DNA of 19,969 nucleotides. It comes from Octopus sinensis. Lineage: Eukaryota. The stretch covers positions 1 through 19,969 of the forward strand of contig NW_021824097.1 in assembly GCF_006345805.1 (NCBI RefSeq). Direction: 5' to 3'. Both the position numbers and the translations under genes were made by a program. This document shows positions 9,586 through 19,770 of this stretch, piece by piece. The first letter of the stretch is position 1. The number at the start of each line of letters is the position of its first letter. Below the pieces are notes generated by a model, which did no database searches, was not told where the DNA came from, and saw only the letters and a program-made list of their open reading frames with translations.

Positions 9586-10117
9586 GACGCGAAATGTTTT
9601 TTTTCCCACGAGAGTTCCGGACCCCAGTTGTGAAGTCATTTGCATACAGCCAATCTGAGCTCAACTATCAAACTAATTAATGGGCGGTAAGATAACTTCA
9701 CTTGCGTAAGGAATGACCATGCTTCTTTTCACTTTGAAGAATGCTTGTCCTTGTTCTTACCATGGCTGGTTCTGTGTAGTTATTTGTGTTGTTTACTTTG
9801 TAAAGCAGTAAGGAGAGAGGGTTGTTAGCACATCACCCTCTACCCACATTTTTCCCATCCACATCTTTACCATATGGGCCCCCTAACAAAATCCAATAAT
9901 AGGTATAGATGCAAATCTATCTAATTACTTGTCCCCTTCTAAAATCAAGCATAACTTGGCGATCGGTCGACATACAACACCGTTCTTCGTGTTGAGCTTA
10001 CTTAGTAGAGTGTGTTTGTTAACTTGACAACAAGGCCAATGTGAGCTCTGATTGGCTGTATGCAAATGAGTTTATTACTAGGGTCCGGAACTCTCGTGGG
10101 AAAAAAAATTCGCGGTC
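9586..10117. mobile_element. Non-autonomous DNA element with ~76-bp TIRs, nested in a SINE B head
   Basis: 9586-9663 is the reverse complement of 10042-10117 (TTTTCCCACGAGAGTTCCGGACCC...TCATTTGCATACAGCCAATC.GAGCTCA). The flanks 9552-9585 and 10118-10215 rejoin into the SINE B sequence CCAAAT.CA.TCACAAGGC...TCGGCCC|GAG.CTAT. Confidence 0.85.
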
Positions 10118-10366
10118 GAGACTATGTTAGGATACATTTGCGCAATTTGTTCAATGGGGCTGAAATCGAGACGAAGTTGCGAAGCGAACGTCTAAACCAC
10201 TCATCTACACCTGTGTAGCTAAACCACTGCCGTCACACACACGCACAAGCATGTACCAAGCTTTCGCATATTGTTTTAGGTGCCGATGAGGTCACCAGCA
10301 GGCACAGACGTCCTCATATTTCCCCTTCACACTTGGCCCAGCGAACCATCCAGTATGTCCAAATGG

Positions 10367-10439
<73 letters not shown>

Positions 10440-10480
10440 CAGTATCAGCACTCAGCTTGTACTCACAGCCGAGTACACTC

Positions 10481-10592
10481 GAGCAGCTTAAATTAAAGTA
10501 CCTTGCTCAGAAACACAATGCTCTGCACATCCAAGGAATCGAACCTACGACATCACGGTCGTGGGGCCCAGCACTCTAACCACTAGGCCAGA
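10481..10592 (-). mobile_element. tRNA-derived SINE head (family C)
   Basis: Minus strand has A-box TGGCCTAGTGG and B-box GGTTCGATTCC, then a CORE-like TTTCTGAGCAAGGTACTTTAA. No intact cloverleaf. Confidence 0.75.
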
Positions 10593-11171
10593 CATAAATA
10601 GACGCACATCCATACACGGACATAGGCATAACTGTGGTTTATCTAATGCATACATAGATACATACGTACATGATGTCCTGTAATTGATGTATTTTATATT
10701 TATCTATAATCGAACGCCACGCAGCCTTGTCCACAGTGAGTTCTTACTTTTATTTATACGTACATACACTAACTACACAAAATTACACAAAATATACAAA
10801 CATACGGATACACATAAGTGCAACAATCGTACGAATATGCATACGCAGCGCGTGCAACATATATACGTAGACACACATTCATGCAGACGTCTATTCATTC
10901 ACAAATAAATAAATTTTAAAAAGCAGCATAATGAAATCACAAAACACACAAAACATCGTAGTTCACACACAATCTTGACAGATACAAACTTGCGCGCAGC
11001 AAGGTGTGTGTGTGAGAGAGAGAGAGAGATTAATGTGACACTGCGCTTATAGCATTGTATATACTGGCTACGCTTGTTACACACACACACACACATGTAA
11101 CTCTCCATTCTGTAATCATATTTATATCCTTACCAACTCTACATTTTCATTTACCATATATATATATAGGC

Positions 11172-11581
11172 TTTTACTCTTTACTCTTTACTCTTTTACT
11201 TGTTTCAGTCATATGACTGCGGCCATGCTGGAGCACCGCCTTTAGTCGAGCAAATCGACTCCAGGACTTATTCTTTGTAAGCGTAGTACTTATTCTATCG
11301 ATCTCTTTTGCCGAGCCGCTAATTTGCAGGGACATAAACACACCAGCATCGGCTGTCAAGCGATGTTGGTGGTGGTGGGGGGGGGGGCAAACACAGACAT
11401 ACAAACACACACATATATATACATATATACGACGGGTTTCTTTCAGTTTCCCTCTACCAAATCCACTCACAAGGCTTTGGTCGGCCCGAGGCTATAGTAG
11501 AAGACAGCTGCCCAAAGTGCCACGCAGTGGAGCTGAACCCGGAACCATGTAGTTGGTAAGCAAGCTACTTACCACACAGCC
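11172..11581 (-). mobile_element. SINE family B, near full length (tRNA-derived, CORE-like)
   Basis: Minus strand has A-box GGCTGTGTGG, B-box GGTTCAGCTCC, CORE-like CTTTGGGCAGCTGTCTTCTA, an internal microsatellite and a (GAGTAAA)n tail. High identity to 15348-15794. Inserted in a TA tract. Confidence 0.9.
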
Positions 11582-11586
11582 TATAT

Positions 11587-11620
<34 letters not shown>

Positions 11621-11630
11621 ATATATATAT

Positions 11631-11666
<36 letters not shown>

Positions 11667-12262
11667 GTTTATAGATAGATATACACATAGATAGATATAT
11701 ATAAATACATAGATTTATAGATAAATAAATTGATAACTAAATGTATAGATATATTTATAAAGAAAGAGTGAGTGAGAGAGAGAGGGGAGAGAGAGAGTGC
11801 AGTAGCAGCAGTAGCAACCGACTATCTACTGTTAATTAATCATATTTTGATGTGATTTTTGTGAATATTTTTGCTTACAGTATTTCCTGGCTTCTAACCC
11901 GCTACAAGTGATAAGTTGTACCCTATAATTAGCCAGCTATAACATAGGTAAAACAGTTTTTTGATCAATTATGAACATACTGTCAATGATTTACTTTGTG
12001 GAAAAAATATATATCTAATTTACAACGAAATAGTTGTGTTTACGAAATTTAGTAGATTGCCACCGGACACCTCTGCGAACTGTCTCCATTTACAGGACTT
12101 GCAGATACCCCCCTCCTCCCGTGCTGTCGTTTCAGAGGTTATAGTTAAGTTCCGATTCGAGAATCTGTTGTTGTTCTCCTTTACACATGCATGCATACAT
12201 ACCGTTGTATGTATGTATATATATACATACATACATGCACACATACATACACACATACACAA

Positions 12263-12320
<58 letters not shown>

Positions 12321-12323
<3 letters not shown>

Positions 12324-12460
12324 AAAGTAAAAAAATATACAAACTGGGACAAGAACGTGAAACATTTAGAAGACGACACAAAAAACACGGACGGGACATT
12401 CGAAGCCTTCAATCTTCAGTCAAGAACCGGATCATCTTCGCAATTTCGGCTGATTAATCT
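12321..12460 (-). mobile_element. Interspersed repeat, copy 2 (inverted relative to 2448-2592)
   Basis: CTGGGACAAGAACGTGAAACA...GGGACATTCGAAGCC...GAACCGGATCATCTTCGCAATTTCGGCTGATTAATCT is shared with copy 1. Confidence 0.75.
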
Positions 12461-13342
12461 AGGGTCATCCCTTAAATAATGTGTTTTTTTTTATACTTCT
12501 CTTATTTTTCAACTTTTTCAATATAATATATATTCTCCTTCATTTTCTACAATGCTCTTCCACCTATCTGGTAGACTTGCAAGGCTCCTTTTCCGAAATT
12601 CACTTGTCTTTGACGAAAAATACTTCTCCAGTACTGTTCTGACCGCGTCTAGAGAATTCATATTTTTTCCGTTCAAATGATTATGAAGACTGCGGAATAA
12701 ATGATAATCAGATGGGGCAATGTCTGGCGAATACGTTGGGTGGGGCATCGTTTCCCATTCGAACTACTCCAGCCTTTGGAATGTCATCCTCGCTCTATGT
12801 GGCCGAGCATTATCCTGATGGAAGAAAACCTTTCGTCTTGAAACCAATTTTTTGACTTTTCCGTTGACACGCAGATGTTGATGAATGGTTGAATGACCAA
12901 ACCCAAGCTTCTCTTCTCGTTCCTCAACAGTTACGATGGGATTTTGTTCCACCAGGGTTTGCAGGACGTCCTCGTCAAGCTCTACAGATCTTCCAAGGAC
13001 AAGGCTCGTCTTCTAGGCTGTAGTTTCCGGCTCAGAATTTCTGGATCCTCCGTTGACACTGGCTTTAGCTTATTGTCTGATCCCCATATACTGCGTTAAT
13101 ATTCCTCGTACTTTTCGTTGCGTTGTTGCCTTAATTGAACTCATATAACAAAATATACAGAATATGCTCCTTTGTCATTTCCATTTGTAGTTTTGAAAAA
13201 ATAACTTTTAAAATCGAACTGTACTCTTCAAAACTTGCACTAAGAATAAGGACAAGGTAAAATTACTACTTGCTTTTATAGCAAGTTGATGCAGGTAGTT
13301 TATCCCATCCTCTGCCGACTGCAATTGAAAAAGCCGCATTAT
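12460..13342 (-). mobile_element. Internally deleted mariner (DD34D) transposon
   Basis: TIR-like GGGTCATCCCTTAAATAATGTGTTTTTT at 12462. A partial complementary end AAAAAGCCGCATTAT at 13328-13342 is truncated by a SINE fragment. Contains the transposase relic. Confidence 0.85.
12518..13184 (-). pseudogene. Mariner transposase pseudogene
   Basis: N-terminus MEMTKEHILYILLYEFN*GNNATKSTRNINAVYG. HTH region ...LGFGHSTIHQHL. HQDNARPH and YSPDIAPSDYHLFRSL are in the same frame, separated by a TAG, with exactly 34 residues between the two Asp. The WVPHEL and first catalytic Asp region is deleted. Confidence 0.93.
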
Positions 13343-13520
13343 GCTGTGGCACCACTTTCAGGGAGGGTTTTGTCGAAGAAATCGACCCCATTACTTAATT
13401 TATTTAAAGTTCGGTACTGCTTATTCTATCGGACTCTGTTTACCGAAGCGCTATGTTACGGGGACGTAAACAAACTAACATTGGTTAAGAAGTGATGGTG
13501 GGGGATAGGGATACAAATAC
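13343..13520 (-). mobile_element. Old SINE B 3' fragment
   Basis: GCACC...GTCGAAGAAATCGACCCCA...TTATTCTATCGGACTCT...CCGAAGCGCTATGTTACGGGGACGTAAACA aligns to 15404-15540. Confidence 0.7.
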
Positions 13521-13699
13521 AGGACTAACACACGTAGATAATACATACATACATACATACATACATACATACATACATACATACATACATACATACATAC
13601 ATACATACATACATACATACATACGTACGTGCATACGCCTCAGTGTGTGTGTATGTATATTGTGGGCATGTGGTGCACCCACTTCACTGTTCCTTCTTT

Positions 13700-13904
13700 T
13701 TTGTTTCTAAACAGCACTTTTGAGGGAATGGGGAAAGCCAGGTCCATTGACCCCCTTTGCTGAACTCGTATTTATTTCATTGACCCCCTAAAGGATGAAA
13801 GGCAAAGTCAACCTTGGCAGAATTTGAACTCGGAACGCAAAGACGGGCGCAATGCCGCTAAGCATTTTGCCTAGCGTGCTAACGATTCTGCAAGCTTGTC
13901 GCCT
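13700..13904 (-). mobile_element. Diverged SINE A copy
   Basis: AAAGGATGAAAGGCAAAGTCAACCTTGGCAGAATTTGAACTCGGAACG...GCGTGCTAACGATTCTGCAAGCTTGTCGCCT. Confidence 0.85.
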
Positions 13905-13928
13905 CCAGTTCTATAGCAATAATAATAA

Positions 13929-14500
13929 TCTCTTGTACTATAGGCACAAGGCCTGAAATTTTGGGAGAGGGGGTCAGTCAATTAGATCGACCCCAGTACG
14001 CAACTGGTAATTTAGGCAAGCTGGCAGAAACGTTAGCACGCCGGGTGAAATGCTGATCGGTATTTCGTCTGCCGCTACGTTCTGAGTTCAAATTCCGCCG
14101 AGGTCGACTTTGCCTTTCATCCTTTCGGGGTCGATTAAATAAGTACCAGTTACGCACTGGGGTCGATGTAATCGACTTAATACCTATGTCTGTCCTTGTT
14201 TGTCCCCTCTGTGTTTAGCCCCTTGTGGGTAATAAGAAATAGGTATTTCGTCTGCCGCTACGTTCTGAGTTCAAATTCCGCCGAGGTCGACTTTGCCTTT
14301 CATCCTTTCGAGGTCGATTAAATAAGTACCAGTTACGCACTGGGGTCGATACAATCGACTTAATCCGTGTGTTTGTCCTTGTTTGTCCTCTTCTGTGTTT
14401 AGCCCCTTGTGGGCAGTAAAGAAATAGGTACTTAATTTACCGACCCCGAAAGGATGAAAGCCAAAGTCGACCTCGGCGGCTTTTGAACCCAGAACATCGT
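13929..14500 (-). mobile_element. SINE A host copy split by the 14014-14430 insertion
   Basis: ...CCCCAGTACGCAACTGGTA (to 14009) resumes as CTTAATTTACCGACCCCGAAAGGATGAAAG (from 14431). Compare the intact sequence at 16608-16650. Confidence 0.85.
14014..14430 (+). mobile_element. Young SINE A head-to-tail dimer (head plus two ~184-bp body units)
   Basis: GGTA junctions at 14059, 14242 and 14427. The two units are near identical. Confidence 0.92.
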
Positions 14501-15104
14501 AAAGAACCGGAAACGTCCCTATTACATTTGAAGAGAACGTGGGAGCAAAATCTTAACGAAATGAACGAAAGAAAAAAAAAAAAAAGGAAGAAAGAACGAC
14601 AGAAGGGTGAAGAGGGGTTCCTTACTTTTCTAAGACTCATCTTCAGTGTGAAGGACAACTTAAAGATTCCGTGATTTGTTTATTGTTTATGAAATACGAT
14701 GTCTGTTAACACATATATGTCAATCACTGTTGTCATCTAAAGCCACTACCATTGCTGGGAGCAGCCGTTTCTAGGTCATCGCTAACTTCGTAGGAATAAT
14801 GCTGTGGATGATAACTGAAGACGTACCTCTCTGATCCCGTGTTTTTGTTTTTGTTTTTTTTTTTGTTTTTTTTTATAAGTGTTTTGGCCATTATTTCTAC
14901 TCTCACAGCTGTCTGTTATGTATGACTTCACGCTAGTATAATCTGTTGGAGCTATTAAGTTCACAACAGCAAGTAATAAACACGAGCCATTCCTCACGCA
15001 GACGCACACACGCACGCGCGCGTGCATGTACGAAGACACACACACACACACACACTTGTACACATACAAGAGCACAAAATTATCTTTTGTCTTTTCCTTG
15101 TTGA

Positions 15105-15330
15105 GTCGTCGGAATGCGACCATGCTGGGGCAACAACCTCGAAGGATTTAGTCGAACAAATCAACGTCAGTATTTAAATTTTTTTAAAAGATTAAGTCTG
15201 GTACTTATTCTGTCGATCGCTTTTACCAAACCGCTAAGTTACGAGTTCGTAAACAAACCAGCATCTGTTGTCAAGTGATGGTGAGGGACAAGTATGGGGG
15301 CGGGGCAAGGACACACACAGACACACACAC
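15105..15330 (-). mobile_element. Old SINE B 3' fragment
   Basis: TGCGACCATGCTGGGGCA...TTAGTCGAACAAATC...GGTACTTATTCTGTCGATC...ACCGCTAAGTTACG...CCAGCATCTGTTGTCAAG. Confidence 0.75.
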
Positions 15331-15347
15331 ACACACATGCATATATA

Positions 15348-15794
15348 TACTCTTTACTCTCTTTTACTCTTTTACTTGTTTCAGTCATTTGACTGCGGCC
15401 ATGCTGGAGCACCGCCTTTAATCGAGCAACTCGACCCCAGGACTTATTCTTTGTAAGCCTAGTACTTATTCTATCGGTCTCTTTTGCCGAACCGCTAAGT
15501 GACGGGGACATAAACACACCAGCATTGGTTGTCAAGCGATGTTGGGAGGGGGACAAACACAGACACACAAACATACACGCATATATATATATATATATAT
15601 AATTATATATATATATACATATATACATATACGGCGGGCTTCTTTCAGTTTCCGTCTACCAAATCCACTCACAAGGCTTTGGTCGGCCCGAGGCTATAGT
15701 AGAAGACACTTGCCCAAGGTGCCACGCAGTGGGACTGAACCCGGAACCATGTTGTTGGTAAACAAGCTACTTACCATACAGCCACTCCTGCGCC
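15348..15794 (-). mobile_element. SINE family B, full length
   Basis: Minus strand GGCGCAGGAGTGGCTGTATGGTAAG (A-box), GGTTCAGTCCC (B-box), ACCTTGGGCAAGTGTCTTCTA (CORE-like) and a (GAGTAAAA)n tail. Flanked by TA tracts. Confidence 0.92.
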
Positions 15795-15809
15795 TATATA
15801 TGTCGGATT

Positions 15810-15962
15810 CCCATAGTTTTCGCCAACCGAATTCACTCACAAGGCATCGGTCAACCCGGAGCTATAGGAGGAGACTCTTGCCCAAGATGCCACGCAGTGA
15901 GACTGAACCCGAAACGACATGTTTGCTAAGTGAGCTTCTTAACCACACAGCCTTGCTGGCGT
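15810..15962 (-). mobile_element. Older SINE B head fragment
   Basis: CACTCACAAGGC...TTGCCCAAGATGCCACGCAGTGAGACTGAACCCG...ACCACACAGCC aligns to 15646-15794. Confidence 0.85.
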
Positions 15963-16125
15963 CTGTAACTTTGAGTTGCTTCTCGAGCGTTTAGTTCGGT
16001 TTGTGCTCCCATCTTCTTCTTTAACTTTCCTCAATGTCTGTCATTTGAACACAACCACATTAGATTAGTCGAATATTCTACTTACCCTCTTCACTGGGTT
16101 TACAGAAGTACACCTAATAAATTAA

Positions 16126-16771
16126 TATTCTTTTCTAGTCTAGGCACAAGGCTCGAAATTTTGGGGGAGAGGACCAATCGATTAGATAGATTCCAGTACG
16201 CAACTGGTACTAAATTTATCGACCACGAAAGGATGAAAGGCAAAGTTGACCTCGGCGGAATTTGAACCCAGAACGTAAAGACAGACAAAGTACCTATTTC
16301 TTTACTACCCACAAGGGGCTAAACATAGAGAGGACAAACAAGGACAGACAAACGGATTAAGTCGATTATATCGAGATCCAGTGCGTAACTGGTACTTATT
16401 TAATCGACCCCGAAAGGATGAAAGGCAAAGTCGACCTCGGCGGAATTTGAACTCAGAACGTAGCGGCAGAAGAAGTACCACTAAGCATTTCGCCCGGCGT
16501 GCTAACGTTTCTGCCAGCTCACTGCACTACGCAACGAATTAACGTTCTTTTTTACTCTAGACACAAGGCTCGAAATTTTTGGGGAAGGGGCCAGTCGATT
16601 AGATCGACCCCAGTACGCAACTGGTACTTAATTTATCGAAAGGATGAAAGCAAAGTCCACCTCGGCGGAATTTGAACTCAGAACGTAAAGACAGACGAAG
16701 TACCGCTAAGCATTTCGCCTGGTGTGCTAACGTTTCTGCCAGCTCACCGCCCTACATAATGAATTAACATT
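16126..16771 (-). mobile_element. Tandemly duplicated SINE A plus flank; the first unit carries a 185-bp young SINE A insertion
   Basis: Units ~16128-16546 and ~16545-16771 share the tail CACAAGGCTCGAAATTTT and the flank CTAC...GAATTAAC. The extra segment lies between AAGTACC direct repeats at 16288-16294 and 16473-16479. Confidence 0.85.
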
Positions 16772-16954
16772 GTGAAAGTGTACAGGGCATTATGATTCAC
16801 TGCATAGTGTGAATATTGGTTGACTGACACTACGTGTTAAGGCCTGTGAATAGGAAAGCAAGATAAGCCAGTTCAAAGACTATCATATGAGTGGGGAAAA
16901 AACCGAACAATTCATATAAATGAAATAGCTCTTTGTAAGTTGTATTAGCTTACC

Positions 16955-17105
16955 TTAGCCTTTGGCACCCAGACCCAACCATATCCGGCCTAAATATCTT
17001 TCTTACCTGTCTTAGGTTCAAACTAGTCAGATCCAGCCTCTCATATCTACCTTACAATGCCCTTCTAAAAGCATATAACCTAAAGCTTGAAGCTTCGAGA
17101 TAATA
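16955..17105 (+). mobile_element. Possible degenerate piggyBac-type MITE fragment
   Basis: Starts TTAGCCTTT (resembling TTAA-CCCTTT) and has two short repeats ATCCGGCCT / ATCCAGCCT. No second TIR found. Confidence 0.25.
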
Positions 17106-17118
17106 TATTGACCCATAA

Positions 17119-17580
17119 AAGTGATTCTCAACCGTTTCTTTTTTTTTTTTACTAACAGACCCTTGGCCCTATTTTACCCGGGTGGACACTCATAGCCGTT
17201 AATTGACGTTTTAAAAAAATCCTATTATATTTTTATAATTAAATACTATTAGAAATTGAATAACAATAAAATTGCAGCAAAGCTGTGTGATAGTGGTGTC
17301 AGACATGATTTGCAGACCATCATGTAATTTGTTTTATTCTTCTCTTCTGTTTTATTTTGACATGCGCATTGTGTGTTCATAAGTCTCTTCCCGGTTCCTA
17401 CCCAAACTGTTTACAGATCACAACCATCTCACGAACCTGCGCTCCGATGGTTGTGAAAAAAAAATTGTTAAAATATTTTTTGTTTTGTAGAAATATAACC
17501 TATTTATTGAACATAAATTTTAACAGCAAAATCTTATATGGACCCCTAAAGGTCATGTGGACCCCGGTTGAGAACCTTTG
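17119..17580. mobile_element. hAT (Charlie-like) MITE
   Basis: Termini AGTGATTCTCAACCG and CGGTTGAGAACCTTTG resemble the CAGTGGTTCTCAACC hAT-type TIR. Repeated subterminal TGGACCCC motifs. Possible decayed 8-bp TSD CCATAAAA / CTTTAAAA. Confidence 0.65.
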
Positions 17581-17733
17581 CTTTAAAAGGTTCAAGAATC
17601 TGTGTGGCGGGAAATCTTGCACACTCCCTCTGAAATTGCCGTCTCATATATAAATACGTCAGCCAGTTCTGATTGGTGAAACTACATAAGCGAATGCGTA
17701 AATGCCCTTTGCGACAACTCCAACTCTTTTCAT

Positions 17734-17792
17734 TTTGCTCGACTAAAGGCGGTGCTCCAGCCTGGCCGCAGTCAAATGACTGAAACAAAAGA

Positions 17793-17793
<1 letters not shown>
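17734..17793 (+). mobile_element. 3'-terminal fragment of SINE B
   Basis: TTTGCTCGACTAAAGGCGGTGCTCCAGCCTGGCCGCAGTCAAATGACTGAAACAA is the reverse complement of 11200-11254. Confidence 0.85.
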
Positions 17794-17840
<47 letters not shown>

Positions 17841-17895
17841 TAAAATATCCTTTCAAAGAGTGTGTATATAAAAGAGTGTGTATATATATAAAAGA

Positions 17896-17931
<36 letters not shown>

Positions 17932-18015
17932 TATTAGAGACAAAACCACTATTTTGCAAACAAACAAGGAAGACTTAATCAATACATAAAATTTTAATAA
18001 ATAGTCAAAATACCG

Positions 18016-18057
18016 CCACTACAATCGTTTCTTGTCTTGATCGACATCTTCAGGTGG
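18016..18057 (-). ncRNA. Minimal type-I hammerhead ribozyme (left arm)
   Basis: Minus strand reads CCAC CUGAAGA UGUC gaucaa GACA A GAAA C gauu G UA GUGG. Confidence 0.75.
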
Positions 18058-18118
18058 ACTTCCATTACAAGTCAGTTTCAAATACTTCATTATTTGAAAC
18101 TGACTTGTAATTGGAAGT

Positions 18119-18161
18119 CCACCTGAAGATTGTCGATCAAGACAAGAAACGATTGTAGTGG
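18119..18161 (+). ncRNA. Minimal type-I hammerhead ribozyme (right arm)
   Basis: CCAC (stem I) CUGAAGA UUGUC gaucaa GACAA (5-bp stem II) GAAA C gauu G (minimal stem III) UA | GUGG (stem I). Predicted cleavage after GUA at 18157. Confidence 0.85.
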
Positions 18162-18334
18162 CGGTTTTTTTTGACTATTTATTAAAATTTTATGTATTGA
18201 TAAGTCTTTCCTTGTTTGTTTTGCAAAATAGTGGTTTTGTCTCTAATAATATTTTATAATATTTTACTATAAAATTGGATTTAATCCTAAATCTGATTTT
18301 TTCCCTGTAATTTGGATTTATTCCTAATATTTAT

Positions 18335-18401
<67 letters not shown>

Positions 18402-18403
18402 AA

Positions 18404-18620
18404 TTCCTTTCAACTGTAGGCACAAAGCCTGAAATTTTGCTGGAGGGGGACTAGTCGATTACATCAGCTCCAGTGTTTCACTGGTACTTAATTTATCGAC
18501 TCTGAAAGGATGAAAGGCAAAGTCGACCTCGGCGGAATTTGAACTCAGAACGTAGCGGCAGACGAAATACGACTACGCATTTCGCCCGGCGTGCTAACGT
18601 TTCTGCCAGCTCGCCGCCTT
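18404..18620 (-). mobile_element. Full-length SINE A copy
   Basis: Reverse complement of the AAGGCGGCGAGCTGGCAGAAACG head, the B-box, the core and the AAATTTCAGGCTTTGTGCCTACAG tail. Confidence 0.92.
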
Positions 18621-19664
18621 AATAATGATAATAATAACAGTGACAACAACAGCAACACACCGATGGAAATTAACATCATATTAGATCATATTTATTAGAT
18701 CATAACGTACGTTTCTGCTCCCCACATCAACTTTATATAAGTTGCATAGTTCGTATTTATATAGCATTATGTAAGACAACTCTTAATTACTATGTATTTG
18801 AATATTGTTCAATAACAGCTGCATGCGGGTGCTTCATCGAGTGAAGTACGATCAAGTACACGCGTGTGTGCTCTATCTGTCTGTCTCTCTCTTTCTTCTC
18901 TCTCTCTCTCTCTTTCTCACATACACACACACGCACATTCATCTGCCATTATTGTTCTCAGGTTTACTCAGGCTCAATGTAGTATCACCCGTCAGGGTCC
19001 CAGCTATTTCTTTACTAGCATACAAGATGACAATCCAACTGAACACAGGGACGCAGAAATACCCTTGGTTGGGGTATCAGGGCGCGCAGTAAACCCACAC
19101 CGAGCGTGAAGAGCCCCCCCTCCCCTAGATTTTGCCTTGCCATAGCAAGCACCCTTCCGGGGGAGCGGCACTCCTGCATATTAAAACCTGCAGATTCACG
19201 TGGTTACTGGTCATCTCTCTTCGACCTGTCAGGAAGTATTAATCACGGATCCTCATTGAGTGGTACTTATATTTTACAAGCGTTTATCACTATAGTCCAA
19301 TGACATACAGATGTCTCTCTATGGTGAATTCATTCGTCATTCCATCGACCGAATGTCTCATGGCAATGGAAGAGTTGGTGGCGTATGCAGGCCTAACTAG
19401 TTGGAAGCGTACAGTAAGTTGCAACCTTTCGTTTGTCATCTATGCTCCAAAAACCATCTAGATCTGCAACATGGCTGGCTGACTGATCATCCGATGGGTC
19501 ATGGACGGAAATTTAGAAATGCTATGGTAGCACAAAGAGACAGCAATCATTTGTGAAGATGGAGCAAATCACCCACCATAATAGCTGTAAAGAATGTTAA
19601 ACTAATGGAACACACCTTGAAATGGAAATGTTCTTGGGGAGTCGATCGGGCGACGTCGTCCTTG

Positions 19665-19770
19665 TAACCACCACCCCACCCACCACCACCACAACCGTGC
19701 CCACCACTACCGCCATCAACACCACTATCGCAACTACCACCGATACCACAGACACCGCTGTTACCATCAT
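19665..19770. repeat. Degenerate (CCA)n trinucleotide tract
   Basis: Directly visible. It explains the Gly-rich minus-strand ORF. Confidence 0.8.

Larger units (their letters stand above)
17923..18258. repeat. Near-perfect ~335-bp palindrome (Penelope-like inverted terminal repeat) between (TA)n tracts
   Basis: 17923-18084 is the reverse complement of 18091-18258, with a 6-nt loop CTTCAT. The arms differ mostly by single-base indels. The right arm continues as an AT-rich tail to ~18340. Confidence 0.93.

Noticed and set aside
10481-10592. Possible tRNA gene (good A and B boxes)
   Set aside because: No acceptor stem or cloverleaf, and it continues into a CORE-like SINE sequence.
11161-11589. 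12-bp inverted repeat (TATATATAGGCT / AGCCTATATATA) flanking a SINE B copy
   Set aside because: Mostly self-complementary TA tract with only 4 informative bases, so it is likely chance.
11961-12479. 172-aa ORF sharing WDKNVKHLEDDT with ORF 2486-2692
   Set aside because: The shared peptide comes from two copies of a non-coding repeat, and the ORF spans (CA)n/(TA)n.
15239-15994. ORFs of 129 and 151 aa, the first similar to ORF 11174-11470
   Set aside because: Chance frames through SINE B copies.
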